Below are positions 38,926 through 50,890 of a DNA stretch of 64,000 bases, piece by piece (the first letter of the stretch is position 1; every line of letters begins with the position of its first letter). Under the pieces are notes generated by a model. The model saw nothing but the letters and a program-made list of their open reading frames with translations. It ran no database searches and was not told the origin of the DNA. Both the position numbers and the translations under genes were made by a program. Origin of the DNA: Paragordius varius (lineage: Eukaryota; Animalia; Nematomorpha). The stretch spans positions 5,006,490 to 5,070,489 of the forward strand of contig OZ176058.1 of NCBI GenBank assembly GCA_964247055.1, read 5' to 3'.

Positions 38926-41751
38926 TTAATAAAAATTGTTATTATCATAATTGTTTTACCTAGAGGTTACTAAAATGCATGGAGTAAACTGTATATTATA
39001 TTAGCTATAAAAGATCAAGTAAACTTTTTTTAGTCTTAAAACTTTGAAATTATAAGGCTTCTAAAGATAATAATTTATATTGATATGATGTTTGTAGTGT
39101 TATCTTTTTTGGACATTCATCACGAACTAGACAAGTTTTATATTGCTCAAGAAAAACGCTCTCGCTTGCGCGTTTGTCGCTCCTTATGTCCAATATTAAC
39201 TATCGATGTAAAACATATTAGTATGCATTTTATAAAGTTTTATTACTCTTTCGAATGATAAGTTAATAATTAGACAAACTTAATATATAATAATTTTGAA
39301 AGACAATCATAATTCTTTAAACCTTATTCTTTCATAAACTATTTAATTACATGAATTATAATTTTACATTTATTTTTTTTGCCACCCATACAATTATATT
39401 AAAAAATACAAAAAAATATTTAGTTGACTTTTTGTATCATTTATTCAATTTTTAATATATAAAGATTTAAACGGAACACATAATGCTACTTGCAGTTAAA
39501 TATATATTGGGAAAGGTAAAGCTTAGATTAAATGAATGCCAAAATAATAAATCATTATCTGTTAAATCAGAACATATTAAAGCAGAAAAGCACCGAAGAA
39601 TGTAGCATTTTCAATCAAAACCAACATTTTTTCAAGCAAACGGAAATAAAAATGTAGCGTTAGCTTAAAAAAATGTTGCGTTTGGTTAAAAAACTATTGC
39701 TGACTGAAAAATAATATATCACAACTTTCAAATTCCGTCATACAAACGTTATAAATGAACAACGACTACTTAAAATGAAGATGGCGTTTTTTTACCTTGT
39801 TCTCTCAAAGCCATTTATTAATTATTACATTTAACAAAGATTAAATTGTTATATGTATAAAATATACACCAGAAATTAATTAAAATATAATGTATAAATA
39901 ACATTAAGAAGGAACGTTTCACTAAATTAAAATTGTATATTTATGAATCGCGCATTAAGTCAATTACAGTAAAAATTATTATCAAATAAAACGAAAAAAC
40001 TTTAATGACAAATATTTTAAAATACAACCATATTTTCAACTTGATTCCTATACATTTATATATATAACATATTGTATATTTTGTTATCAGTTCGCACCTC
40101 GATTTTATAAATTCAATTTAAAACAAGTTATATAAAAACCAAGGCGAAGAATATGGTTCTTTCGTCTCTACATTGAATTTTACTTAATTAGTAATATTTC
40201 TTTTCCCTCTAATATAGTTTAAGAGTCAATTATTTTACAAAAATTATAAAAGTGCATGATAATCAGCATGAGCTAATTAGTTTATGGAAATTTATAATAA
40301 GGAGCATATTTAAAAGCCCCATTCTGTATATATGATTAAAATGGTTAAATTAAAATATTTTTTAGAAGATCTTACGATATATATAACTTTACCTGTTCAA
40401 AGAATAATTTCTTCGTAAACAAATTTTATAAGCTTTTTAGAAACAGCCATCTTTTTAATGACTTTATAAATAACATACATTTTTTATGTGTGTTTTGTTT
40501 TATGATATTACGTCTTAACCTTTTAATAATCATTCATGAAAAATGTTTTTCATCTAAATCTTGTAGTCAAGTATTATATGAAAAATTTAGATAGTTCAAA
40601 AACAATACATTTCACAATCGATAAGTGAAATAATCAAAGAGTAAGGGTTGTAATATTATAGTTATTTAAAATTATATTTTCTAATCTTTACAAAATTAAT
40701 CTTTTATGCATAGGCATTGGACTTTAATTGTTATTATGAATCCTATCGAAAAAAATTTACCATTAAATTACAAAATAATTATTTGCTATATAGTAGCATA
40801 TCCGCTTTGATCAAATTTTTTAACCTTAAAGTAAAACTATTTATTCTCAAACCAGGTGATCCTGGCATGTTTACTTAAAAAATTAATAACCCAGCTTAAT
40901 TGCTTTCTTTGTTTTACTCTTGTTTACTAATCATATAATATATATGTAGACAATCTGTTTTGAACAAAGCTTATATAAATTATTGATAATTATTTTTTAA
41001 GATTTAAATATAATCAATCCCAATATAAAAAAATTATTTACATATATATTAAAAACTTTAATGGTTATAATTAAAAAAGGCAGGATGTGTTAATTACATA
41101 TCACTCATACTCTAAGAGCAGAGGGAATCCACGGCTTGCGCGTTGTACGCGACCCTTTAAAATGTGCCTAATAAACACAAATAATAAAAAATATGCTCAT
41201 AAAATCTTAGTATTTTTGTAATATGTCTTCCTAATTGGAATTAACTAGCAAAAATTGGTGAAATAAAGTTATATTTGTATTTCCGATTTTTACACTCTTA
41301 TTAGATTTTGATATTTAAATCGTTTTACCAACTCATTTTTAAACATATCTTCGTGAGTCAACATTAAGCCTAAATTTCCAATTAAATAGTCATATTTAAC
41401 TATTTGAAATAAAAGCTGATATTCATAGGTACTATACCGTTACATTAGCGGTATTAAGATACAGAAAAAATAGAAATTACAATAATATGGACAAACATTT
41501 TTTAAATAGTAACTATATTTTTTCCCTGATATTTTAACCCAAAACTATATAATTACAATTATATAACACATTACATTAAAAATTTATATCTAATAAAATT
41601 TTTATAAAAAAAGCCAACGATTTTTTGAAATTAATATTAATAAATTACCTTTATTAATTTACAGATATATAAATAATGATTGTCTGATTGTAAGTATTAT
41701 AAAAAATAAAGAGAATTTTTCTTGATTGAAAGGAAGAAAAAGCGTAAAAAT

Positions 41752-42892
41752 CAGTGGCGGAACTATAAATTATGGGCCCCCACAAAATTTAAATTAGCCC
41801 TCCTTCTTCCATCCACAAAATGCGTTTGCAGTTATCTTTTCACCTGGCGCATCACTTAGAATCGTAGTGAAATATAAAATGATAATATTTACATGACTAG
41901 GCATCCTGACTCTAGTTTTGCGCGTCTGGTATTTATATATATAATGGTTAGTACCCACCCGCCCAACCTAACCACCGTCAATTCCTTAATCTTAACGTTT
42001 ATTTTTAAAAGTTTAAATAATTTAATAATTTAATAATTTTTTAAAAGCATGTTTTATCAGAAAATCATGTTTAAAAATTTCGTTTTCTTGATTTTGTGTG
42101 AGTAAATTTTTTTAGCCATCGTGCTTACAATATATTTTTTATTATTTTTAACTTTAAGAAAGAACGTTTCTATCGGATATGTCTTCATTTCTGCTTCCAT
42201 TAGAATTAACTAAAATGAGTGAAGTGGGATTTATCTATTCAGCTAAAAATTTAATAATAAATTATCCAGACGATTTAAGTGAATATTTTCCGATTCAAAC
42301 AGTGTCAGTTTCTAATTCTCTTTGGATGAGAATGCTCAAATTAACAATGCCAGAGCTATTAATTATTAAGTACCCAACAGTTTCAGCCAGTTGGATGAAA
42401 TTATAACAGCATTATTATTGTTGTTGACTTAAACAGTTACGGTTGCTACAGTGTTACATTCATTCTTAAAGTTAAAAATAATTAAAAATTATATTGAAGG
42501 CACGATGGCTTAAAAAATGATGAGCAGTTTATCGTTCCTAACAAATCAAGCGGAGGTGGCCGATCAAATGGATAAAAAAGATATAATTAAAAAATTTGCT
42601 CACACGAAATCGAGAAAATTTTTAAATACATGCTCTTAATAAATTATTAATTATTTTGAACTTTAAAAATGAACGTTAAGATTAGGAATTGGCTATGGTT
42701 AGTATGGGTACTGGTATCATATATAAAAATACGAGGAAAACAAAAATATTAGACTCAGGATGCCAAGTCAAGTAAATATAATATTTCTTTACGAATCTAA
42801 GTGATGCGCCAGATGAAAAGATAACTACAAAACATTTGGGGGAGGCTAGTATATAATTGCGGCGGGAGGACAAATTAATAGTTCCGCCACTG
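41752..42892. mobile_element. Fold-back element made of two inverted copies of one end of the hAT-like element
   Basis: Perfect 15-bp TIR CAGTGGCGGAACTAT. Arms of about 350 bp (41752-42110 and 42540-42892) are mutually inverted and similar to 28265-28620. No TSD is visible. Confidence 0.7.
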
Positions 42893-45800
42893 AATTCATC
42901 GGTTACGTTTAAACGGGACAGGATGGAAATTGGTACACCTATGTATTATAAATTGTTATTATGCACTATGTGTGGGAAAAACGCTTTTAAAAAGCAGGGT
43001 GGTTGTCTTTTAAAGAAAAACACGTCCCCTTTTAATGAAATCATTTTTCAGGAAAACGCCATCTTAATAACAAATATGAAGTAAAATTTGGAAATTCTCT
43101 TTTACCATCGCAATTAGTAGTGATAGTACTTGAAATGATAATTTTTAGTAGGAGAATCTTTCCCACGTGTCATAGTTTGAGACGCGTTTTCTCCTTGTTG
43201 TACACTCATCAGTCACACATAATGTTCGTCTCATAAAGCCACCAATTGCTTGATAGAAAGTACAACTACTAATTGCGATCGTAAGCTAAGAAAATAATTT
43301 CCAAACTATGTTACATATTTAATAAGGATGGCAACCCCATCGTGGCTAATGGATATAATAAAGGAGATATGATAATTTTATCTCAATCGGCGCCTCTTGG
43401 ATTTGTTCTCTGTTTGCACTTAACCAACTATATTGGGAATTCTTAGTATATTTATACAAAATTCTAATTGACAATACGCGTGATCATAATGTATGACGGA
43501 TTTTCCAACAGGAACCGTCTTATACTATCATACATGGTAAATATTGTTTATATTTTTAGGAAGTACTGCAATTTCTTATTGCGATGCTAGGCTAAGAAAA
43601 TATTCTCCAAACACTGTATATTTAATTGCTCTTTTAGCTTCTACGTTTTTGTATGATTCAATTTTTATTGTATAATTGAGTGTGTGACGATTTGCGTCTT
43701 ATTATTTTAACATCTATAAAAATGATATAAAATTTTTTTATAAAGGTTTGCTGCCTTTTTAAAAAAAATCATCAGTTAGTTCTAAATATTGTTCTACAAT
43801 ATTCTCTTCTTAAAAGATTATGTTATTATTTTCTGGCATGTCTGTATTTTTAATTTTTAGGAAGGCTCATCATAAAGTGGGGGGACGGTGACCCAAACAA
43901 GGATTTATAAAAATAATCTGATAATGTTAATCCATATACAGTTAATAATTTTTCTCAAACCAGTAATTTATTATTTAATAATTTTTCAATAAATTTTGTA
44001 TAATTTGGTTTGCGAATGTTTGCGTATGTATATAAATAGTATTTTTATATGAACTTTGTACTAAGCATCCTATTAATAGAATTTTTAAATATCATATAAT
44101 TATCTGCTTAATTACATAAAAATTATTTTTTAATCATGTATATGTTATCAAAATTATTAATTATAAATATTCTGTGCCAAATTATTGGAGGTTAAAATTG
44201 AATTTTATAACATTAAAAATAAAGTTATAGGGACAAAATTTATATAAAAGACAAATTATTTTCATGTTATTAAAAAGACAATCATGCCTTGATATACATA
44301 AACTATTAAATTAAATTTATATCATGCTCAAACAATTTTTTGCGTTACCGTAATAAAAATGAAAAAAAGAAAATATGTCTGAAAAATAATGGTTGTCTTT
44401 TATTTGAAACTTTTCTTGTTATTTTATATTACAGTAAAAATTATACGGACAAAGATATTAAAGATATAATATTTTTTTCTAAAATACTGACAAAATATAA
44501 GATATTGTTTTAACCAAATTATAGAATAGAGATGTATATTGGTAATATACAATTCATATTTTACGATTATTCAATGTCTTCTTTAGGAGTATTAAAAAAT
44601 ATGGGTTGTCTTTTGAAAACATTTTATTTTTACGATTTCAGTGTAATTTACTTTTTACTGTATGTTTCTATAACTTAAATTTTTTATTCATCAAAGATGA
44701 CAACTGCATTTTAATGAAATATATTCCTTGCTAATAGTTTATTGTATAGAAAAAATTAAATCAACTTATAAATTGATCCAACAATATGTATATAAATATT
44801 TATTATATATTAAAACAATCAATAAAATTTTTCAAAATAGTATCACAAATTTTTACGTTTTGGAGAATTTTTGAAGAAATGACATTTAAATCTAAATGAA
44901 GATCTCAATTATCTTGGAAATTCATAATAAATGTTGCTTAATGCGATTTGAGCCAAATTCCTAGCCATTATTAAAAATGGCGTATGAGAGGTTCGTTATA
45001 GTAATGAAACCGATATAAAAAGGTTAGCTATTAGCATTGCTAACTAAGGAGAAAATGAATTGAATTAAATAAATATATTTACAGAATCTGCATTATTACA
45101 CTGTGACTCATCTTTTTATGTTTTTTTAATATATGACTATAAATTTTTAGGAAACTGATTAATAAATAATTTTATATGTTTACGAATTAAAGAATGTGAG
45201 TAGCATTGTTCATTCTCTCACACATCTCGATTTGCAAGGTATTTAAAAACGACTTTAAAACGGATATCTATGTAGTAAAATCTTTTAGTAATTTAAAAAC
45301 ATAAATCTAACATTATTTAGAAATATAAGTGGACGGATATAATAAAACTTTTTTGTTTGTTAATAACTTAATGTGGAATATAATCAGAATAATAATAAAT
45401 AAAATAGAAAACATGCAAAACAATATAATCCATTGCAATAAATAATATTTTACAATTATTAATAAATTTACTTCGACTAAGTCAAACGTAATAACTAGTC
45501 ATGTTTATTTTACCTTATATATAAAAACTTTAATTACAACTATATAGTCCTATCAATTACACAAGAAGAAAATCATACACAAGGTTGACAAAATAACGAT
45601 ATATTTTAATTTAGTTATTTGGAATGTTCTTTCCAAAAGATTTAATTTATCGGAAACGCCCGATGATTACCATGTCCTGATAGGTAAACATTAATAAACA
45701 GTTAAATTAAAGTTCAAAAAATTAAACAGACAAAACGAAAAAATATGAAGTTAAAAACAACCACACTTTTTTAAATCTTTAATTATTCTATAAAAATCTT

Positions 45801-48228
45801 TACTATCTATCGTAAAATACATAAATGAATGTGTTACTTACAATTGTATATTATACTTTGTAGTTTGTATAGTAGGTAAGGCGAAGGACTCTCACACTGT
45901 TTGAGTTCGAACCACGAAACTACGCAATTTTTCCATAATCACTTTACTGTCAGGCCTGAGGCGAGTTGTAAAGCCTTCACATGTCCGGATACAATTTAAA
46001 TCCTTACCTTTAATCCAAAACTCTAAACTGTACATTTTGATAATTAAAAAAATCAAGATTTACAAAGTATGGTTGTCTTTAGAAAAGCTATTCTCCTTTT
46101 TTCCATTTTGACCGTATAATTTCAGATTAAGTGTAATTATATAAAAGAAATATATTATCTTTTATGAAAACAAACAGAAAATCCGGTATGTGTTTTTAAC
46201 TTATGTTGACCATTTACCCATATGTTTTAAAGGTATTTAAAACTGCAAAATTTAGTCCCATTCATGCGCAAAAATACAGGAAAAAAAAAATAAAATTTGA
46301 GGCCAAAAAATATTTTCCAATAACATAAATGATTATTGTGAAATATATAATATAGTGTGCTATAATATCTTTATTCCCTATTTTTGAACGTCAAACTTTT
46401 ATTAAAAACAGTATAAAAAGTATGGCTGTCTTTTTCAAAATTGTTTATCTTTAGTTTTCACTTTTGGTCTTATAATTTTGTGCGGTGCCGAATTTAGGAG
46501 CGACCAATTGAAATACAGTATATAATAGTTAACTTAAATTATAATATCTTCTAAAAAAATTAGCATATATTTTTAACCGCTAAAAAGAGAATTTTTGAGC
46601 ATATAAAAAAACAATAAATTTTACTAATTTACTGAATCGAGCTTTTATAAATAAAAAGATGATAGTATTAATGTTAGAAATAAGATATTATTTTCGTTTT
46701 TATCATATGAATTTATACAGAATTTAATTAGGCATTCACATTTTAAGTAAAGCTAATTTTATATGATGAATTTAAAAAAAATTTGATTTAAAACTATTTT
46801 ACTAAAAATTTATAAATATGATTTGTCAAAATTTTGATATGATAAAGAGTTTAACTAAAATTTTAGTTTATTAGGAACGTTTAATATTACTCATATTTTT
46901 TTATTAAGCAATGGCCCAATATAGAAAAGCCCTTCGATGCAATTTATGCATTTTTAGCAATTATAATGATATATTCCTAAGAATATAGGTAAATATGTAT
47001 CTAACTTAGAAAGGCAATGTTTTTTTAATTTTCACGCAATAAATATATTGTAAGATCGGTGACTACGGTTTTTATTTAAGTACAATAAAAAATAAAGTAA
47101 AATTAAGGAGCAAATATTTTTCTAGTAGGACGGCTATAATTTATTAATACATAATCTTTTTAAAATTTATAGATATAATTTTAAAATAGAATTGTTTCCT
47201 GTGTTGATATTAAACAAATATATTCCTTATTTTGCGACACCCAACGATAGGATATCACAAAAATTAAGGTTTAAAAAATATAACTTTTTTTAAATAATAT
47301 CATTAAATTGTAATTAATTTATATAACTCCTTATTTGGTCGACGGTAAATAGTTGAAACTGAAATTATACATACAAAGTAAGTATTATGTAAGAAATATT
47401 ATTAAGACAATAAAAATTTTGATTTTATTATGAAACTTATCATTTAAGCTGCAAAGTTAATATACGTATAATTATATACCCTAATTCGTAATAAAAAGTT
47501 TATGTTGGATGGTTAAATAATCTTTTAGTTTTTCTTATTGTCTAATTTTCAATAATTATTGTAATTAAAAATAATGAGGAAATGTTTATTAAAAATTTGA
47601 TTTTTTCGTTATTTATTTCGGGAGTTTCCAAATTACATAATTATCTTTGTCCTATTGATAATTCATACCTCAAGAGAGGACGTGGAGATACCCTGTTGAA
47701 TAAATTAAGCCTTATTATTATTATATAAACTATTACATTTGATCCCGACAATCATTTTCTTAGAATATTGTTTAATGTATTACTAATAATTAACAGAATA
47801 ACAAAACATCGCCGGGTAATATTATTAAATATATAATCATTTTTATATATATATAATATATAAAGCTCAATTTACGTTTATAATTTATCAAATATGACCA
47901 ATTATAAAATTTAGTGCATTTGCATATAAATCAGCCCCTAGTTAAGAAAATAAATGTAATGAAAAAAGATATCATTTCTAAGGCTATTATATCCATATAA
48001 TTCTGTATGTTGCTTCAACTTTCAACATTTCTTATTAAAAATCTTGAAAAAACACTTATCCAATATTTTTTACAAAAGATAAATTATTTTATTTACACTA
48101 TAGGGAAGGGTATTAAAATTATTTAAATCACCATATTACAATTGGAACATATATTTTTTGAATTATAATGTATTTCGCCTGATCTGGCCTAACAGAATAA
48201 AATTTGGTTGTTAAAAATGTAAATTCTT

Positions 48229-50890
48229 ATGAATCCAATTATAAGAATGTTGCTAGAAATCAATTTTGTAAACTGCGTTCTTGTTTTAGTGGCGGTTTCC
48301 ATGAATTATTTTCTGTCAAAACTATCGAACAACTCATTTAACATCCGAACTTTTGTTGATAAAAAAAAGAACATTCCAATACCGGATCAGCATCATACCA
48401 TTTCGTCACAACAAGTCAAAAAGCGAACACAAAGAAAGAAACTAAATGTTGATCATAGCAAAGTAATTTATCCAAAAAAACAAAAATGTCCAAAAAAGAG
48501 TGGGAGCTTAGTTGGTCAAACTGCTGCATTAATTGGGGGTAAAAATTAGTTATCAGCTAAAATAATAGTAGAATTAGTTTTGTTAAAATGGTACAATGTA
48601 TTTAAATATAATATAGCTGCGGCGACAGGTAAATCTTTTATATTTTTATTTTTATAAAATTTTTTGATAAAAATATTTAAAACAGGTGTGATTGGTGGTA
48701 TGTTATTTAATTTTACTTTTTGTTTGAGACACATATTGCATCTTATAGTTTTTTTTGTATAACTTTTCTAACAGAAAAAAATAGGGGTTGAGTCAGCGCA
48801 TTAAACTTTGAAAAGGTTATAAACAGTTGACTATTAGGCTAATGACTCTTAAACTTTTACTAAACATATTATTTTTCCATAGTTTATAATATTTTATAAA
48901 AGCGTATCAAGGATTTCAACTTTAACAGGTTAATATTATCGAAAGGGGTAATATTTTTTAAAAAGTGGGTGGATTAACACATGGTTTATTTCTAACTCTT
49001 CTGTTCGAGTGCCATTCTGTCCCCGTCTCTCATATATTTCGAATCAAAGCTTATCATTTATTTTGAGGACTGAGTTGGTATATGTAGTACTTATAAATTA
49101 GTTTTTAATGTTGATTAATTAGTATGCGATCTTGTAAAAAATTTAACTTTCTGTAAGTTTGCCAATATTAATGTCATTTTTCATTTTAGCCGTCGTGGGA
49201 GCCGGAGCTTCGGAAACACCAGAAGTGATAGCTGTCGCCCAAGGCGTCAATGATATGGAGTTGGGTGAAGATGAAGCACAAAATCGCGCAAACAACGAAA
49301 ACCCGACTGTTGAAGAAAATAGTATTGAAGAACGACAAGAAAATCCAGAAAGAAACTCAAGATCTGACCATGAAACTAATCATCCTTCTCAGTCGACTTC
49401 TTCCAATAGTTACATATTGACTATTTTAAATATTGAAATATACGGACAAACCGTAAAATAAAGACAACTATTTTTTTGAAAAAAAAACCATTTTTGCAAA
49501 ATATATAATTGAATGTGATATATAACGCTAAAAAATTTAAAATTTTAAGCAAGATAAGTATTTTAAATTTTATTTAAAGAAAAGGGATATCTTTTGTAAA
49601 AAATAGTTGTCTTTATATATCTGCGTTTTGTCCGTATACATTCATTTACTGTATAAATAGCAATTTAGTTTATATTTTCCAGATTATGAGATTATTAGTT
49701 GTTGCATATCTATCGATAATATTGTTTTTTAATTAGATCCACCAGCGGAGAATGCATTGGATACAGACGATATTGGTAATTTTGAAAATAAAAATAAATG
49801 CGGTACAAATGAAAATACAACAAAACTTGAAATTATATTATGGACAAAACGTCAAAATATAAAAAAAAATTTTTTATCTAAAAGACAACCATATTTTTAA
49901 ATTAAATTTAAGCAGCTATTTAGTTACAATTGTAAAATATAAATTGATTGTGCTAGTTCTATATATCTCTATTTCACACTCCATATAAATGAGTTTTATT
50001 GAAATAAAACATGATAAAAAAGTATAATTGTCTTTTAGAAAAAGATATTTGACTTTATACGTTTTGTCAGTATAATTTCAATTTTTACTGTAAAAACAAT
50101 AGTTATATTGTATTATTCAGCTGATAGACCAGAACACACACTAGAAGAAATCGAAAATGGTAAAATTTATATCGAAATTAATATTAAATGCAATTATAAT
50201 TTTAGTTATACAATTTTCAAAATATTATAGCCCGAGAAATCGTCGATCGATACGGTAGAACTATACACCATATTATATTAAAATTTATCATTTGAAGGAA
50301 TATATCATTATTTAAATGTGTATAATGATAGGAATGTATCAATTAAAAGCAGGTTTTAATTTTTATAAATAATTTTTAAATACTATTATTAGATACTACA
50401 TAATTTCTTATATATTTAGCTCTATACAATATAGAAACTGGTAAAGCAACTGAATACACAAATCAATTTATTTTATTCTAAACTTCATATATTTATTTAG
50501 GGGCAGAGAATGTGGTGTATGAAGCGGAAAATATAGTTACGAGTAAGTTTTTATAAATTACTAATAATCTAGACACAGAAATCAAAATTATAGGATTAAC
50601 GCAAACATCTAAAACTAATATTTTTTTAAGATAGCAATACTTTTTAACCATGTGAATTTTGGCTCCCAAAATATAGAATGTAGATGTATATTGGTGAGAG
50701 GCTCTATTCAAATATCATGGTTTAAAAGAGTGCGACTGTCTTTTTTTAAAAAATATTTATCTTTTAATTTTAACGTTTAATATGTTTAATGCAATTTTAT
50801 AACTAAAGACACCAGGTTTCTTGGAAGAGGTATGGAAAATATTTATACATAATAACGAATAATATTTGCTATTTAACAGATTTAACATGA
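48229..50890 (+). CDS. Micro-exon gene D; join(48229..48538,48617..48628,48686..48697,49190..49408,49737..49775,50121..50159,50231..50254,50420..50440,50809..50829,50880..50890), about 235 aa: hydrophobic N-terminus, Lys-rich region, Gly/Ala hydrophobic segment, acidic disordered C-terminal part
   Basis: All internal exons are multiples of 3 (12,12,219,39,39,24,21,21 bp), flanked by AG/GT and phase 1. The total of 708 bp is stop-free until TGA at 50888-50890. The spliced junctions rebuild a coherent segment SLVGQTAALIG-AAAT-GVIG-AVVGAGAS. The start may be ATG 48229 or 48247. The donor at 49409 (gttaca) and the acceptor at 50808 (aag) are weak. Confidence 0.72.
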
